A DNA stretch of 63,785 bases, the filler included, from Octopus bimaculoides (Eukaryota), in assembly GCF_001194135.2 (NCBI RefSeq). It is 6 parts of 5 records of this genome, joined end to end, with 100 filler letters (N's around TTAATTAATTAA, not from the genome) between each part and the next. Parts side by side here need not be neighbours in the genome. Positions count along the whole stretch, not along the records: positions 1 to 14,622 come from NW_026400364.1; positions 14,723 to 23,192 come from NC_068981.1; positions 23,293 to 27,245 come from NC_068983.1; 3 more parts are not named here. One strand, written 5' to 3'. The notes below the pieces were generated by a model that ran no database searches, was not told the origin of the DNA, and saw only the letters and a list, made by a program, of their open reading frames with translations. Shown here piece after piece: positions 11,018 through 24,666 of this stretch. Every line of letters begins with the position of its first letter. The first letter of the stretch is position 1. Position numbers and translations under genes: made by a program.

Positions 11018-11940
11018 AGGAATAGAATTATGGGATTGGGTTGGCTTTAGGGGCCAGGTTAGTTGGATAGGAGTGTTATGTGTTTCATCACAGACACTGC
11101 GTTATCAGAAGGAAGGATAAGAAGCAGCGAAAATTTATAGTACGGGCAGGATAAACGGGAATCTTGTGGTATTCAACCTTTTATCAGAGATGAATGATGG
11201 TGCTAACAGGGAGAAGCTAATTCATCCATGATTTGAAACCATGACCCTTTGAACTGATCCGTGTGTGAGTGTCAGAAACCGTTGCTTGGTTGGCTTTTAG
11301 TTTGACACATACATATACACACACTAGTTATCAATCTTTTTTTGTGCCCCCCCCTCTCTCTCTCTCTCTTTCGCTCGCTCCACTCAACCATTTCTGACAC
11401 TACACTTTAAGCAGTACACCTCAACAGAACACTCTTCCTTCAAACCTATTCCTGCACAGTTCTCTTTCTTTCCTTCCTTCTTTCTCTCTTTCTTCCTTTC
11501 CTTTCTCTCTTTCTTTGTTGTTTCTTTTTTCTTTCCTTTCTTCTTATCAGTGTCACCTAAAGTAGCAATCTCCTTTACTATAGCATCTATCACAGAAACT
11601 AATCTACAACGTGTTCTGGTCGCAATATGTTCAAAATTATTTTTATGCCTCAAACGCAATGTGACCGTTTTTTTTTAATTTTTTATTTTCTTCTTTTTTT
11701 TACTTTTCTTTTTTCCGTTTTTTTTTTTTCCAATTTTGTTCATTTTCAGAAAAGGTTTATTAAATAACTTTGCCACCAATGAGAGGTTTGTTATTCAATT
11801 TTATCTTTCTTTTTTCTTTTTATTTCTAATTTTCTAGAAAAGTTTAAATTCTCCCCCACCTCACAAAAAAAATAAAGGTTCAGGGTGATTTCACGTTCTT
11901 TACCGAAATTACTTTAAATAATATTATAAGCTTTTTCTCG

Positions 11941-12017
<77 letters not shown>

Positions 12018-12289
12018 TGACTACTCTCCCCTTATTTTGCCTTCTTCATTTGTTTAGTATACAAGAAAGACAAAAGGGGAAAATTTATCTTTGTTACAGG
12101 TGCTTTTTTTTATTAATTTAATTGCGTTCGAAATTGGTTCCGAACAGCTGCAGTGGTATCATTTTTTAACGATTCCTTCAAGACACTCTGCTTCAATCAC
12201 TTAAACTTAGGTACATCATTCATCTAAAGTTCTTTGTTTCACTCATTTTAAGTTTCCCGTTTCATTCACTTCTCTCAAGTCTCTGAGTC

Positions 12290-13450
12290 ATTCAGTGAAA
12301 GTTCTCTATTTCAATTCAGTTGCGTCTTTTAATTTAGCTAAAACCATTTGTGTTTCATTGACATATAATTCTGTGTTTCATACATTTAAATTTCATTCAG
12401 TTAAATTTTTGTTTCATTGAATTAAATTTCTCTTTCTTTGAGTTAAATTGGGGGTTTTCATTAAGTTATAGTCTTGTGTTCCATATATTTAAATTTTTGT
12501 AGAAATTATAACCAGCACTAATTTGTTACGAGATTTCGTATCCGAATGTGTCTAATGTAAACAATGCAATCGAAGAAGGGGAAATATAGGTGATGGGTGT
12601 ACATGCATATTTCAGTTCTTGCTCTTTTTTCAGTACCACATCCAACCCATTAACCATCCACGATCTCATTGCTTGAATAGCCATTAAATATAGCGGTGAA
12701 ATACTATTAGATATATCAATTATGGATGTACCAATTCTAAAATGTTTTAATATGTTAAATTATGCTTCGTTCAATTAAGTTTTTGTTTCACTGAGCTAAA
12801 CTTACGTGTTTCATTGACTGAGAGTTAAGTTTTTCTTTGAGCTAAGGTTACATATTCCATTAAGTTATGGTTCTGTGTCCCATTCATTTAAATTTCTGTT
12901 CCATTCATTTAAATTTCTGTTGCATTAAAAATAATATGTTAAATTCTTATGTTTCGTTCAATTAAATTTTGTGCTTCATTGAGCTAATCTTACGTGTTTC
13001 ACTGAGTGACAGTTGCGTTTTTTATTGAGTTCAGCTTCATATATTCAAATGTCTTTGTTTAATTCAATTAAATTTCTCTGTTTAGTTCAATTTAGTTTTT
13101 GTGTTTAACCAAATTAAATTTGTGTGTAATCCAATTAAATTTCTGTTTAATCAAATTAAATTTCTGTGTTTAACTCAATTAAGTTTCTGTGTTTAATCCA
13201 ATTAAAGTTTTGTGTTTACCTCACATTTTTGTGTTTAGCTCAATTAAATTTTTGTGTTTAATCTAATTGAATTTCTGTGTTTAACTCAATAAAATTTCTT
13301 TAATAATTCAATTAAATTTCTGTTTAACTCCATTAAATTTGCGTTTCATTCAATTAAATTTTTGTGTTTGATCGAATTGGAGTTATATTTTTCATTGAAA
13401 TAAAATTTTGCGTTCTGTTAAGATCAAGTTATGTGTTTCGTTCAATAAAA
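12290..13450. repeat. Degenerate ~23-24 bp AT-rich minisatellite (unit ~CAATTAAATTTCTGTGTTTAACT)
   Basis: More than 10 recognisable units at 13050-13380, with more diverged units upstream. Confidence 0.8.
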
Positions 13451-13682
13451 TACTGAATGAACATTCAATATACTCTATTTAAAGTGTTGTCTTTCCTTCA
13501 GCCGCATACATGCACTTATGTTTCTATCAAATAAAAGCATGTCTTGAATACTGCGTAATTTCAGCAGTAAATTTATTGAGTTCTTTCATTACGTCCATTT
13601 ATATTTTGAATGAAAATCATGCCATTGTTGAGTTTTTTCTATACGTACTTCTCATATACTGAAGTAAACTATGTACACTATC

Positions 13683-14093
13683 GGCGCAAGCATGGCTGTG
13701 TGATAAGAAGTTGCCTTCCAAACCGCATGGTTGTGTGTTCGGTCTGACTGCGTGGCACCTTTGGCAAGTGCCTTCTACTGTATCTCTGGGCCCACGAAGG
13801 CCTTGTTAATGGATTTGGTCGACAGAAACTGAAAGAAGCCCGTCGTATATTACATATATATATATATATTGTGTGTGGATGGTTGTCGGTGTGTTCGCTT
13901 TTGTCACATATCACCATTTAACAACCGGTGTTGGTCTGTTTACGTCTCCATAAATTAGGGGCTCGGTAAAAGGGTACGATAGAATATATACCAAGTAATT
14001 AGTACTGGGATCGATTCGTTCGGCTAAAATTTGTTCAATGTGGCAGCTCAGTATGGTCGCAGTCCAATGACTGAAACAAGTAAATGATAAAAA
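13683..14093 (+). mobile_element. Full-length SINE family C with internal TA/TG microsatellite
   Basis: tRNA-like head, GTGGCACCTTTGGCAAGTG core, GAAACTGAAAGAAGCCCGTCG, microsatellite, then the 3' half ending GACTGAAACAAGTAAA. Confidence 0.85.
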
Positions 14094-14622
14094 AAATCTG
14101 AAATTCGTTACAAGAAACATTTAATTAATAATTATTTATGTAATGAATATATTTCTTGAACGATATCGATAATTATTGCTGAACAGAAGTGAGACTATAA
14201 TCACTGAAAAATAATGGATTCACCAGCAACCAAGCAGCTATTGAATCTATCTATGCATCCTGTTTGGTTTTGTAGCAGCTATGATTGTAATATTTAATCA
14301 GTGAAATAAATTAATTCATTTTTCAATTATATTCTTAGATTTAGAAGTGAGTACACTGTTATCACTAGCAAGAGTCATTAATTTCATGCAGAACCTTCGA
14401 TAACGTTTTGAAGATTAATACAGCTTCAGGCAAGATTTTTAACCTCCCAATTCGATAAGTAATATAATTTTGTTGATCGAACAGCAAAATTTTCAATGTC
14501 ATTATATAGGGTGTTTGATAAGTCTCTCCTCGGTAAGTATTTAATGGTTTCCGGGAGATTCTTGTACGCTAATCCTTTACTTGCTCCACAGAAAAAAAAA
14601 TGTCTGGCGGTGTTAAATCCTT

Positions 14623-14722
14623 NNNNNNNNNNNNNNNNNNNNNNNNNNNNNNNNNNNNNNNNNNNNTTAATTAATTAANNNNNNNNNNNNNNNNNNNNNN
14701 NNNNNNNNNNNNNNNNNNNNNN
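14623..14722. other. Assembly spacer 44N+TTAATTAATTAA+44N (also 23193-23292, 27246-27345, 49465-49564, 58645-58744)
   Basis: An identical 100-bp construct occurs five times, and the 12-mer places stop codons in all six frames. Confidence 0.97.
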
Positions 14723-15078
14723 ATATATATATATATATTCCAAATAAAAAGACTAAGATAGAGCTTGTCTTCTTGCTTGGATTATGTTTTGCTCTTCGCT
14801 AAACTCACACATTTTCATTTCTTTACTTTCAGTCCCCTACTTTAATCCTATCAACCACCCCGAATTCATACCCCTTACACGCTTGCTCCTCTTGCATGTA
14901 CTGTAAACTTTACACTGCGTAATTCTTTTTATATATAATGTCTGTTTCTTATCAGTGTTTATATATAACCCTGTTGTGATTCCTTGTGTTCTTTTCTTAA
15001 TACACCTAATTGTTCTCCTCATGTGTTGTCTTGATATTAAATAGGTATATGTATATGTTCATAACAGTGTGCATATAG

Positions 15079-16080
<1,002 letters not shown>

Positions 16081-16082
16081 CA

Positions 16083-16907
16083 TATATATGTGCATATATG
16101 GGTATAGGACGTCACAAACCGTAAACAACATGAAATACGAAAGCAAAAGAGTTTGTAGTGGGAATACATATTCAGTATCAAGTGTCTATTATTCCAAGAA
16201 TTCTTACAGAGATGAAGAATAAATTCAAGAACAATATATTTACTACATAAAAATATGTTTTAGTTACTGTTCGATGATGATACATAATCCAAATCTAGTT
16301 GAATGAAGTAATCTATGCAAGAAAGTTCAGAGATAGAAATATAGAAAAAGCAGCTAAGTGGTGGCTTTTAGTCATGTGACGTAGAGAAATAGACGGACAT
16401 AGCAATGACGTAAATGGTTGTAAGTCTAATCGACTAAGAAGCGAAGAGCAGGGCTAGCAAGCTGTTTTTATTAAGGGAACGCTAGACAGTCTAGAAACTT
16501 CCAAGAGAAAGGTTAAGCTTCTTGAATAATTATGAATCGCGTCTCATGACACAGATGTTTCGAGAAACTTTATAAAGGGAGATTACTCTATAAACCTTCT
16601 TTCAAGGGAGATCATTCAATTATTTAGCTACGTAGACTACTACAAGTTGAATACATAACTAACGAGAGAATCAAATGGAAAACAAGACAAGTAACATAAA
16701 GAACGACCCTTCATCAGCTGTCGGCTGTCCAGCTATGCTCGAAATGAGGAGTAGATGGACAGCCGACAACTGATGAAGGGTCGTTCTTTATATTATTTGT
16801 CCTGTTTTCCATTTGTTTCTCTCGTTGTTTATATATTTCACTCTTTTGTTTTCGTATTTCATGTTGTTTACGGTCTGTGACGTCCTGTACTCATATACGC
16901 ATATATA
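16083..16907. mobile_element. Fold-back/MITE-like element with long inverted arms
   Basis: 16648-16731 pairs with 16756-16840, and 16083-16152 pairs with 16840-16907. The left arm is interrupted by 16154-16644. Confidence 0.8.
16154..16644. mobile_element. Probable solo LTR
   Basis: Begins TGTAGT and ends ACTACA (TG...CA, 6-bp inverted ends), flanked by AGTT at 16150-16153 and 16645-16648. Removing it restores the host arm. Confidence 0.65.
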
Positions 16908-17627
16908 NNNNNNNNNNNNNNNNNNNNNNNNNNNNNNNNNNNNNNNNNNNNNNNNNNNNNNNNNNNNNNNNNNNNNNNNNNNNNNNNNNNNNNNNNNNNN
17001 NNNNNNNNNNNNNNNNNNNNNNNNNNNNNNNNNNNNNNNNNNNNNNNNNNNNNNNNNNNNNNNNNNNNNNNNNNNNNNNNNNNNNNNNNNNNNNNNNNNN
17101 NNNNNNNNNNNNNNNNNNNNNNNNNNNNNNNNNNNNNNNNNNNNNNNNNGCTATCCCCGAATCGGACCGAGTTCTGGATTAATGCAAAAGGATTCTTCCT
17201 TCATCAGCGAAGAACACGATGAGAATAAATGGAATACTTATATATATACCCACAGAAAAAGCAGATGCAAAGTCATATGTACATTTAAGTACCCCAAATA
17301 GATTCAAACAAAAAATTCTGTAGCAAGCCTCAACACACGTATAGTCGGTCAGGAAACTGGCGTAAAGTGGTTACCAGTCCCGAAGCGAACGGTAATAAAT
17401 TTACTTCTAATATAAAAATAAAATTTTTCAAAAAAAATCTTATCTGTGGCCAGCATATTAAAATACCTTCTAAGATGAAAATTATAAACAATTATAAATA
17501 AGGGCGAAAGAAAAAAAATTCTCTATGCCAATATGCTGAAAAATAAATTTTCGATCGTCTGACCACAGACACTATTTTTCACTATAAATACACGATCAAC
17601 TGAGTAGACCAAAGCAACATGAAATGT

Positions 17628-17733
17628 AGTACTTTGTTTAAGAGCACGAATTCCTAGGCCCAGGAATTGAACCCAAGACATGACCACATGATAATCAGAA
17701 GCCGAATATCCTAACCATTGAACCACGCGCCTT
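17628..17733 (-). mobile_element. Degenerate SINE head
   Basis: GGAATTGAACCC (B box) and CCTAACCATTGAACCACGCGCC (A box) on the minus strand. Confidence 0.55.
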
Positions 17734-17995
17734 TGCTTTCTCGAGACCTATACTGCAGTTTCAAGGCTCTCTGATAATCAGAACGCTATTCCGTACTAGT
17801 AATGCTACCATCGCTAATAACGAATACATACATACATACATACATACATACATACATACATACATACATACATACATACATACATACATACATGCGTACG
17901 TACGTATGTATATATGTATGTAAGTCTGTGTATATCTCTCCCTCTATATATATATATGAGAGTGTATGTGTGCTCGCGCGCAATTTACGCAGTAT

Positions 17996-18043
<48 letters not shown>

Positions 18044-18517
18044 NNNNNNNNNNNNNNNNNNNNNNNNNNNNNNNNNNNNNNNNNNNNNNNNNNNNNNNNN
18101 NNNNNNNNNNNNNNNNNNNNNNNNNNNNNNNNNNNNNNNNNNNNNNNNNNNNNNNNNNNNNNNNNNNNNNNNNNNNNNNNNNNNNNNNNNNNNNNNNNNN
18201 NNNNNNNNNNNNNNNNNNNNNNNNNNNNNNNNNNNNNNNNNNNNNNNNNNNNNNNNNNNNNNNNNNNNNNNNNNNNNNNNNNNNNNNNNNNNNNNNNNNN
18301 NNNNNNNNNNNNNNNNNNNNNNNNNNNNNNNNNNNNNNNNNNNNNNNNNNNNNNNNNNNNNNNNNNNNNNNNNNNNNNNNNNNNNNNNNNNNNNNNNNNN
18401 NNNNNNNNNNNNNNNNNNNNNNNNNNNNNNNNNNNNNNNNNNNNNNNNNNNNNNNNNNNNNNNNNNNNNNNNNNNNNNNNNNNNNNNNNNNNNNNNNNNN
18501 NNNNNNNNNNNNNNNNN

Positions 18518-18910
18518 GGGGAGGATAAGTTGATTAAACTTATTACTTATTTTGTTGACTCCGGAATGATGAAAGGCAAAGTCGACTCCGGCGGAATCTG
18601 AACTTAGAACATAAAGACCAACGAAATGCCGCTAAGCATTTCGCCCGGCATGCTAATGTTTTTTATTTCTTTATTGCCTACAAGGGGCTAAACATAGAGA
18701 GGACAAACAAAAGGATTAAGTCGATTACATCGACCCTAGTGCGTAACTGGTACTTAATTTATCGACCCCGAAAGGCATGTCGACCTCGGTGAAATTTGAA
18801 CTCAGAACGTAACGGCAGACGAAATACCGCTGAGCATTTCGCCCGGCGCGCTAACGTTTCTGCCAGCTCGCCGCCTTAATGCTAATGTTTCTGCCAACTC
18901 TCCACCTTAA
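18518..18910 (-). mobile_element. Older family B SINE split by a nested family B copy
   Basis: Core at 18518-18660 and head remnant at 18879-18910. Confidence 0.8.
18662..18878 (-). mobile_element. Young family B SINE nested in a family B SINE, 12-bp TSD
   Basis: TSD ATGCTAATGTTT at 18650-18661 and 18879-18890. Confidence 0.9.
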
Positions 18911-18935
18911 TTTGACTCAATATATAGTCGATGAT

Positions 18936-19160
18936 GAAGGCAGTGAGCTGGTAGAATTGCTAGCACGCCGGACAAAATGCTTAGAAACATTCTTCTAGCT
19001 TTACGCTCTGAGTTAAAACTTCGCCAAGGTCGAGTTTGCCTTTCAACTTTGCAGGGTCGAAAAGAAAAAAAGTATATACCATCCCTATACTAGGGTCGAT
19101 GTAATCGACTACATCTCACTCTCACAAATTTCTAGCCTTGTACCTTTATTAGAAAGAGTA
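18936..19160 (+). mobile_element. SINE family B
   Basis: Head GGCAGTGAGCTGGTAGAA, core, and the GATGTAATCGACT tail. Confidence 0.8.
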
Positions 19161-19418
19161 TTTTGTCGATTATGACTAACTAGTTCTGCAAAACCTTGAC
19201 TGAATTAAGATTGAAGTGTGAACAAAATTCTTTATGACTTAATACCGATGCATATTCCCTTCTTTATAAGCTTCACCTACTTTAGCGACTTCGCTATTGT
19301 CACTATAAAATTAGTTGCAATGATAGGCACCTTTAGAGGCGATTGACAATTACACATTACTACTTCAAAAACTAAATGCTGCCAAAGAAATAGATATACA
19401 TCTGTAGTACGTTCATAT

Positions 19419-19506
<88 letters not shown>

Positions 19507-20535
19507 TAATTAAATTACTTTGACAGCGTGTTTGTGCATTAGTTTATAAACATACATTTGTACACCTATTTACCATACATTTAACTTCGCTCTAGCTATT
19601 GCTCATTGATTTTTCCTAAGTAGTTGTAAGCTGCTTATGAAAAATTATAGAATGGTTACCGAGAAAAAAAAATGTTTTAAAATACATCATATTTTCATTT
19701 ATTCTTTATTATGCTGAGAAACGAGTGATGTTTTCATCTATTCACGTGCAAAAACGTGTGATATTTTCATGACTTCAGTACTCTATCAAAAATGCACGTG
19801 CACATGAAAAGTAGTTCTTGTCGGTGCATTTTAAGATTTGATAAATATGTGATTTTTTTTTATAAGCAATTATCTTTCAGATGCCAAAATCATTTAGGCA
19901 GGAAATTTAATATTGTAATTTCACGGTAATCAAAAATCCCTCAATAAATTTTCACTGAAACGCCTGCAAGAATTACCAATTCAGATCTTTTGATCAAAAT
20001 TGCAACAGAAGGACATCAACCACACATTTTGGGAGATGCCGTTACTGAAATGGTCCCGGCGTTCTAATAATTGCTTTACACCGCAAATATATTTAGAAAG
20101 TGAAATAATAATGTTTCTCTCTTTAAGTAACTGAATATGTGTGTAAGTGTGTGTGTAAGTGTATTGCGAGAATTTCTAAATGGTTTTCAGTGAGTTTTAT
20201 GCAGCTTTTTGTTTGCCTGTCATCTGCAAGATAAACCACTGCTATAGAATGGCATGTACTTTTGAGAGAGAAGATTTCAGAGGTGTTACAATTACATAGA
20301 GGGGGTGAATTTTGTCTTTTCGTACTGAAAAGATTTTTCTGTTTATATTTGCCACATAAGCCGCGTGCAAAATGTAACTCAGCTTATCTTTATTTTTATC
20401 GAAGATCATCCGATATATATGGTCTAAATTAGCACAAACAGGAAACAAGATACTGCTTTTATTGAAGCTCAAAGACCTGAACATGGTGGTACATCAAAAA
20501 CATGCACTAAAAATAGAACTATTTAAATAATGATG

Positions 20536-20588
<53 letters not shown>

Positions 20589-20589
<1 letters not shown>

Positions 20590-21937
20590 GAGTTAGATTA
20601 ATACTGAAAACAGAGTTCAATGCGAAAAATAAGATAATAGGTATCAACACTCTAGCCATTCCATTTATAAGTTACAGCTACAATATCCTTAACTGGACAC
20701 TAAATGATCTAGTCAAAATAGACAGGAAAACAAGAAAAATAAGGACAGGATTTAGGATGCACCACCCAAAATCTGACATAGAAAGGTTATATATATACAA
20801 CGTATAGAAGGTGGTAGAGGTCTTATACAGCTAGAAAACTATTACAAAATAGCCACCATACGACTTCAAAAACACCTACTTCAGAAGCAGGGAAGATAAT
20901 TACAAATAGCCACAAAACACGAACAAAACAAAACACTGTTTTCAGTTTTTAAGGAAGCTGACAAATACAGAAAAGAAGTCATAGTATCAAACAACAATGA
21001 AGAAAAAGAAGAAACAACAAAAGCTGTAAAATAACTGAAATCCAAACTAAAACTGGAACAACAACGAGTCATGATAAAACGATGGTAAGAAAAGCCCCTT
21101 CAAGGCAAATACTAGGTTAAACTAAACGCAAAAGAAATAGACAAAGCAAAATCCCAAAAATGGCTGAGAAGCTCAAGACTCAAAGCAGATACTGAAGGAT
21201 TTTTAATTGCAGCCCAAAACCAAAGCCTCTCCAACAGAAATTACCAAAAACATATGATATAAAGAAACATAACAAGTCACTGCGGAATATGTGGAGATGG
21301 ACAAGAATCAATAAACCATATTGTCTGTGGCTGCCCAGTTTTGGCTAAGAAGGAATATATTGACAGACACAACAGAGTTGGGACCTATATAACTGGAAGC
21401 TATGCCAAAACTATGGAATAACAACAGAAAAAAGATGGTATAAACACGCCAGAAAAGGACACAGAAAATGAGAAAGCAACCATATTATAGAATATGCCAA
21501 TACACAGAGATAGAGAAATTAAGGCCAATAGGCCGGATATAGTTGTCAGAGATCATCAAGAAAAAAATGCTTTCTAATCGATGTATTAATACTAACAGAT
21601 GACAACTTTTCTCTAAAAGAAATGGAAAAACTTTCAAAATACAAGGACCTGGAAATAGAGGTAACTCGAATGTGGAGTCTAAAAGCAGAAACAATCATAA
21701 TAGGCGCATTAGGTATGATAAAAAATATTCAGACAGATACATAAAAACACCAGGACTAACAAATATATATAACATAGAGAAAATTGCACTACCAGGCACC
21801 GCACACATCCTACGTAAAACACTTTTAATACAGTAACAATAAGAGCATCACAACAAACTACAGCACATACCCAAGGCACACTGAGCTATGCTCGGTAGTG
21901 CAGTGAAAGTACGTGATAAAAATAAGACTACTGAATG
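20589..21937 (+). mobile_element. 5'-truncated R4/Dong-type non-LTR retrotransposon, copy 1 (RT C-terminus, CCHC knuckle, restriction-like endonuclease; many stops/frameshifts)
   Basis: Translates to ...RMHHPKSDIERLY...EGGRGL..., CGICGDGQESINHIVCGC, RPDIVVRD...EKLSKYKDL. Flanked by (AAT)n on both sides. Confidence 0.9.
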
Positions 21938-22008
<71 letters not shown>

Positions 22009-22010
<2 letters not shown>

Positions 22011-22397
22011 AGAAAAAAATGCTTTCTAATTGATGTATCAATACCAGCAGATGACAACGTTTCTCTAAAAGAAATGGAAAAACTTTCAAAATACAAAGAC
22101 CTGGAAATAGAGATAACTCGAATGTGGAATCTAAAAACAGAAACAATTCCTATCATAGTAGGTGCCTTAGGTATAATAAAAAAATATTCAGACAAATACA
22201 TAACAAAAATACCAGGACTTACAAATATATATAACATACAGAAAATTGCACTACTGGGTACTGCACACATTCTACACAAAACACTTTCAATACAGTAAAC
22301 ATAAGAGCACCACAGCAAACCACAGCACATACCCAAGGCGCACAGAGCTGCGCTCGGTAGTGAAGTGAAAGCACGTTATAAAAATAAAACTACTGAA
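22009..22397 (+). mobile_element. R4/Dong-type LINE, copy 2 (3' end only)
   Basis: ORF 22074-22298 MEKLSKYKDLEIEITRMWNLK...LGTAHILHKTL, followed by a 3' UTR matching copy 1. Embedded in (AAT)n. Confidence 0.9.
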
Positions 22398-22398
22398 C

Positions 22399-22466
<68 letters not shown>

Positions 22467-22491
22467 TGATGATGATGATGATAATAATGTT

Positions 22492-22533
<42 letters not shown>

Positions 22534-22536
<3 letters not shown>

Positions 22537-23192
22537 CCAAACTAAAACTGAAATCCAAACTAAAACTGAAATCCAAACTAAAACTAAGAGATCCAAACTA
22601 AAACTAGAACAGCAGAAATCCAAACTAAAACTAGAACAGCAACGGACCATGATAAAACGATGGCAAGAAAAGCCCCTACATGGTAAATACTGGGCTAAAC
22701 TAAATGCAACAGAAATAGACAGAGAAAAATTACAGCAATGGTTGAAAAGCTCAGGACTCAAAGCAGAGACTGAAGGATTTTTAATTGCTGCACAAGACCA
22801 AAGCCTCCCCACCAGAAATTACCAAAAACATATAATGAAAAGAAACATAACAAGAAACTGTGGAATATGTGGAGATGGACAAGAATCAATAACCATATTG
22901 TCTTTGGCTGCCCAGTCCTGGCTAAGAAGGAATATATTCACAGACACGACGGAGCTGGGACCTATATACACTGGAAGCTATGCCAACACTATGGAATAAC
23001 AACAGAAAAAAGATGGTATAAACACACGCCAGAAAAGGTCACAGAAAACGAGAAAGCAACCATACTCTGGGATATGCCAATACACACAGATAGAGAAATT
23101 AAGGCAAATAGACCAGATATAGTTGTCAAAGATCATGAAGAAAAAAAATGCTTTCTACTTGATGTATCAATACCAGCAGATGACAACGTTTC
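22534..23192 (+). mobile_element. R4/Dong-type LINE, copy 3 (runs into gap)
   Basis: KPLHGKYW...ETEGFLIAAQDQSL...CGICGDG, then a 1-bp frameshift, then HIVFGC...RPDIVVKDHEEKKCFLLDVSIPADDN. Confidence 0.92.
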
Positions 23193-23299
23193 NNNNNNNN
23201 NNNNNNNNNNNNNNNNNNNNNNNNNNNNNNNNNNNNTTAATTAATTAANNNNNNNNNNNNNNNNNNNNNNNNNNNNNNNNNNNNNNNNNNNNCTTGTAT

Positions 23300-23646
23300 G
23301 TATAGGTGCATATCTGGGTACAGGACATTGCAAACAAACGTAGACGAGAAAACACACAAGCCACATAGAGATCATTCTACTTCATCAGCTACCCACGTTT
23401 TAACACCGGCGTTTCGACGAGCTTGGGCAGGACGCATCGTTAAAACGGCTCATCCCATGAACCGCAGATTAACTTTGTATACGCAAATTAAATCTTGCCA
23501 TGGAGGAATGTAGTGGCGGACAAAAAACAAGACAGGAAAACAAACAGAAAAGGCTTTACGGCCAGACGAGAAAAATTATGTGTGTATGAACGCTGTGAAG
23601 CACGAACTTGAAAGGGACGAAGTGGTTCGTGTGTTTGCTCGGCGAT
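23300..23646. repeat. Dispersed ~340-bp repeat, copy 1 (copy 2 at 46379-46718)
   Basis: The two copies align along their length with indels. Both carry CTGATGAAG and CGAAACG motifs on the minus strand. Confidence 0.85.
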
Positions 23647-23663
23647 ATATATATATATAAATC

Positions 23664-23816
23664 TACAACGAGCTTCTTTCATTTTCTGGCTACCAAATCC
23701 ACTCACGAGGCTTTCGTCGTCCCAAGTAGATGACACTTGACGAAGGTGCCACGCAATGGGAGTGAACCCGGAACCATGTGGTTGAGAAGCTAGCTTCTTA
23801 CCACACAGCCATGCAG
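23664..23816 (-). mobile_element. SINE family C, 5' half
   Basis: GTGAACCCGGAACCATGTGG...CTTACCACACAGCC is the reverse complement of the family C head. Confidence 0.8.
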
Positions 23817-24615
23817 AAAACAAGCGAAGAGCCTATTTATATGCTGCTTATATACTCAACAATTCGAGTATCTATAGAAAATTGGAGCAAGTTATTTGCA
23901 AACTGTGAGTGATAACACTTTATTTAATACCATGAGTGCATGTATGTGCATGTATATTTGCAGCTTGTTTCCTGTCGAACAATGATGTTGAGAAAACGAT
24001 CATAACCGTGCGTGTGGGAGAAATTTAGCATAGAATTTTGTAAAGAATTTCGATGACATTTTCTAGAATGGCTGATATAAGTTTTCTTCTGTGCTTCAAG
24101 TTTCTAACAGAAATTATCAGTTATTTATTGAACTGGAAATATCTAGGTATTTAGGATATATTTCGATTTGTCGTTGTAAGATTTCTGTTAGCTAAGGCGA
24201 TTGACAACCTCCATTGACAAATTCTGTTCCGTAAATACGCAAGAAAGAATTTTAACCTTTTAATCTCGACTATAGTTAATGGAGGCCCGGAAGAAATGAT
24301 CAGATATTATCGCAAGATAAACAGAACAATCGTTTTGTAAAAATCTAATCTTCGGTCTTGTTATAGTTTTGATAATAATGTTTTCTAAGGTGCTTATAAG
24401 ACGACGACTTTTCAGTGGTAGAACAGTTGATTATATTGTCAAAACATTTGATTGGTACTAATATTGTATCAGCCTTGAGAGGATAAATGATAAGTCAACA
24501 GCTCGGCATAATTTGAGCTTAGAACATAAATAAACCGGCGTTACTAATTACCGCCATGATACATACGTGCATACATACATACATACATACATACATACCT
24601 ATCTANNNNNNNNNN

Positions 24616-24666
<51 letters not shown>

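Noticed and set aside
11384-11659. 91-aa Lys-rich ORF ending in CLKC
   Set aside because: TTG start, upstream in-frame stop, centre derived from a (CTTT)-type repeat, and no recognisable domain.
12290-13450. Regular ~24-bp repeats as a CRISPR-like array
   Set aside because: No unique spacers, eukaryotic context and no cas genes; a simple minisatellite.
14667-14678. TTAATTAATTAA recurring five times at regular-looking sites
   Set aside because: Always centred in 44N+12+44N; a synthetic six-frame-stop scaffold spacer, not biology.
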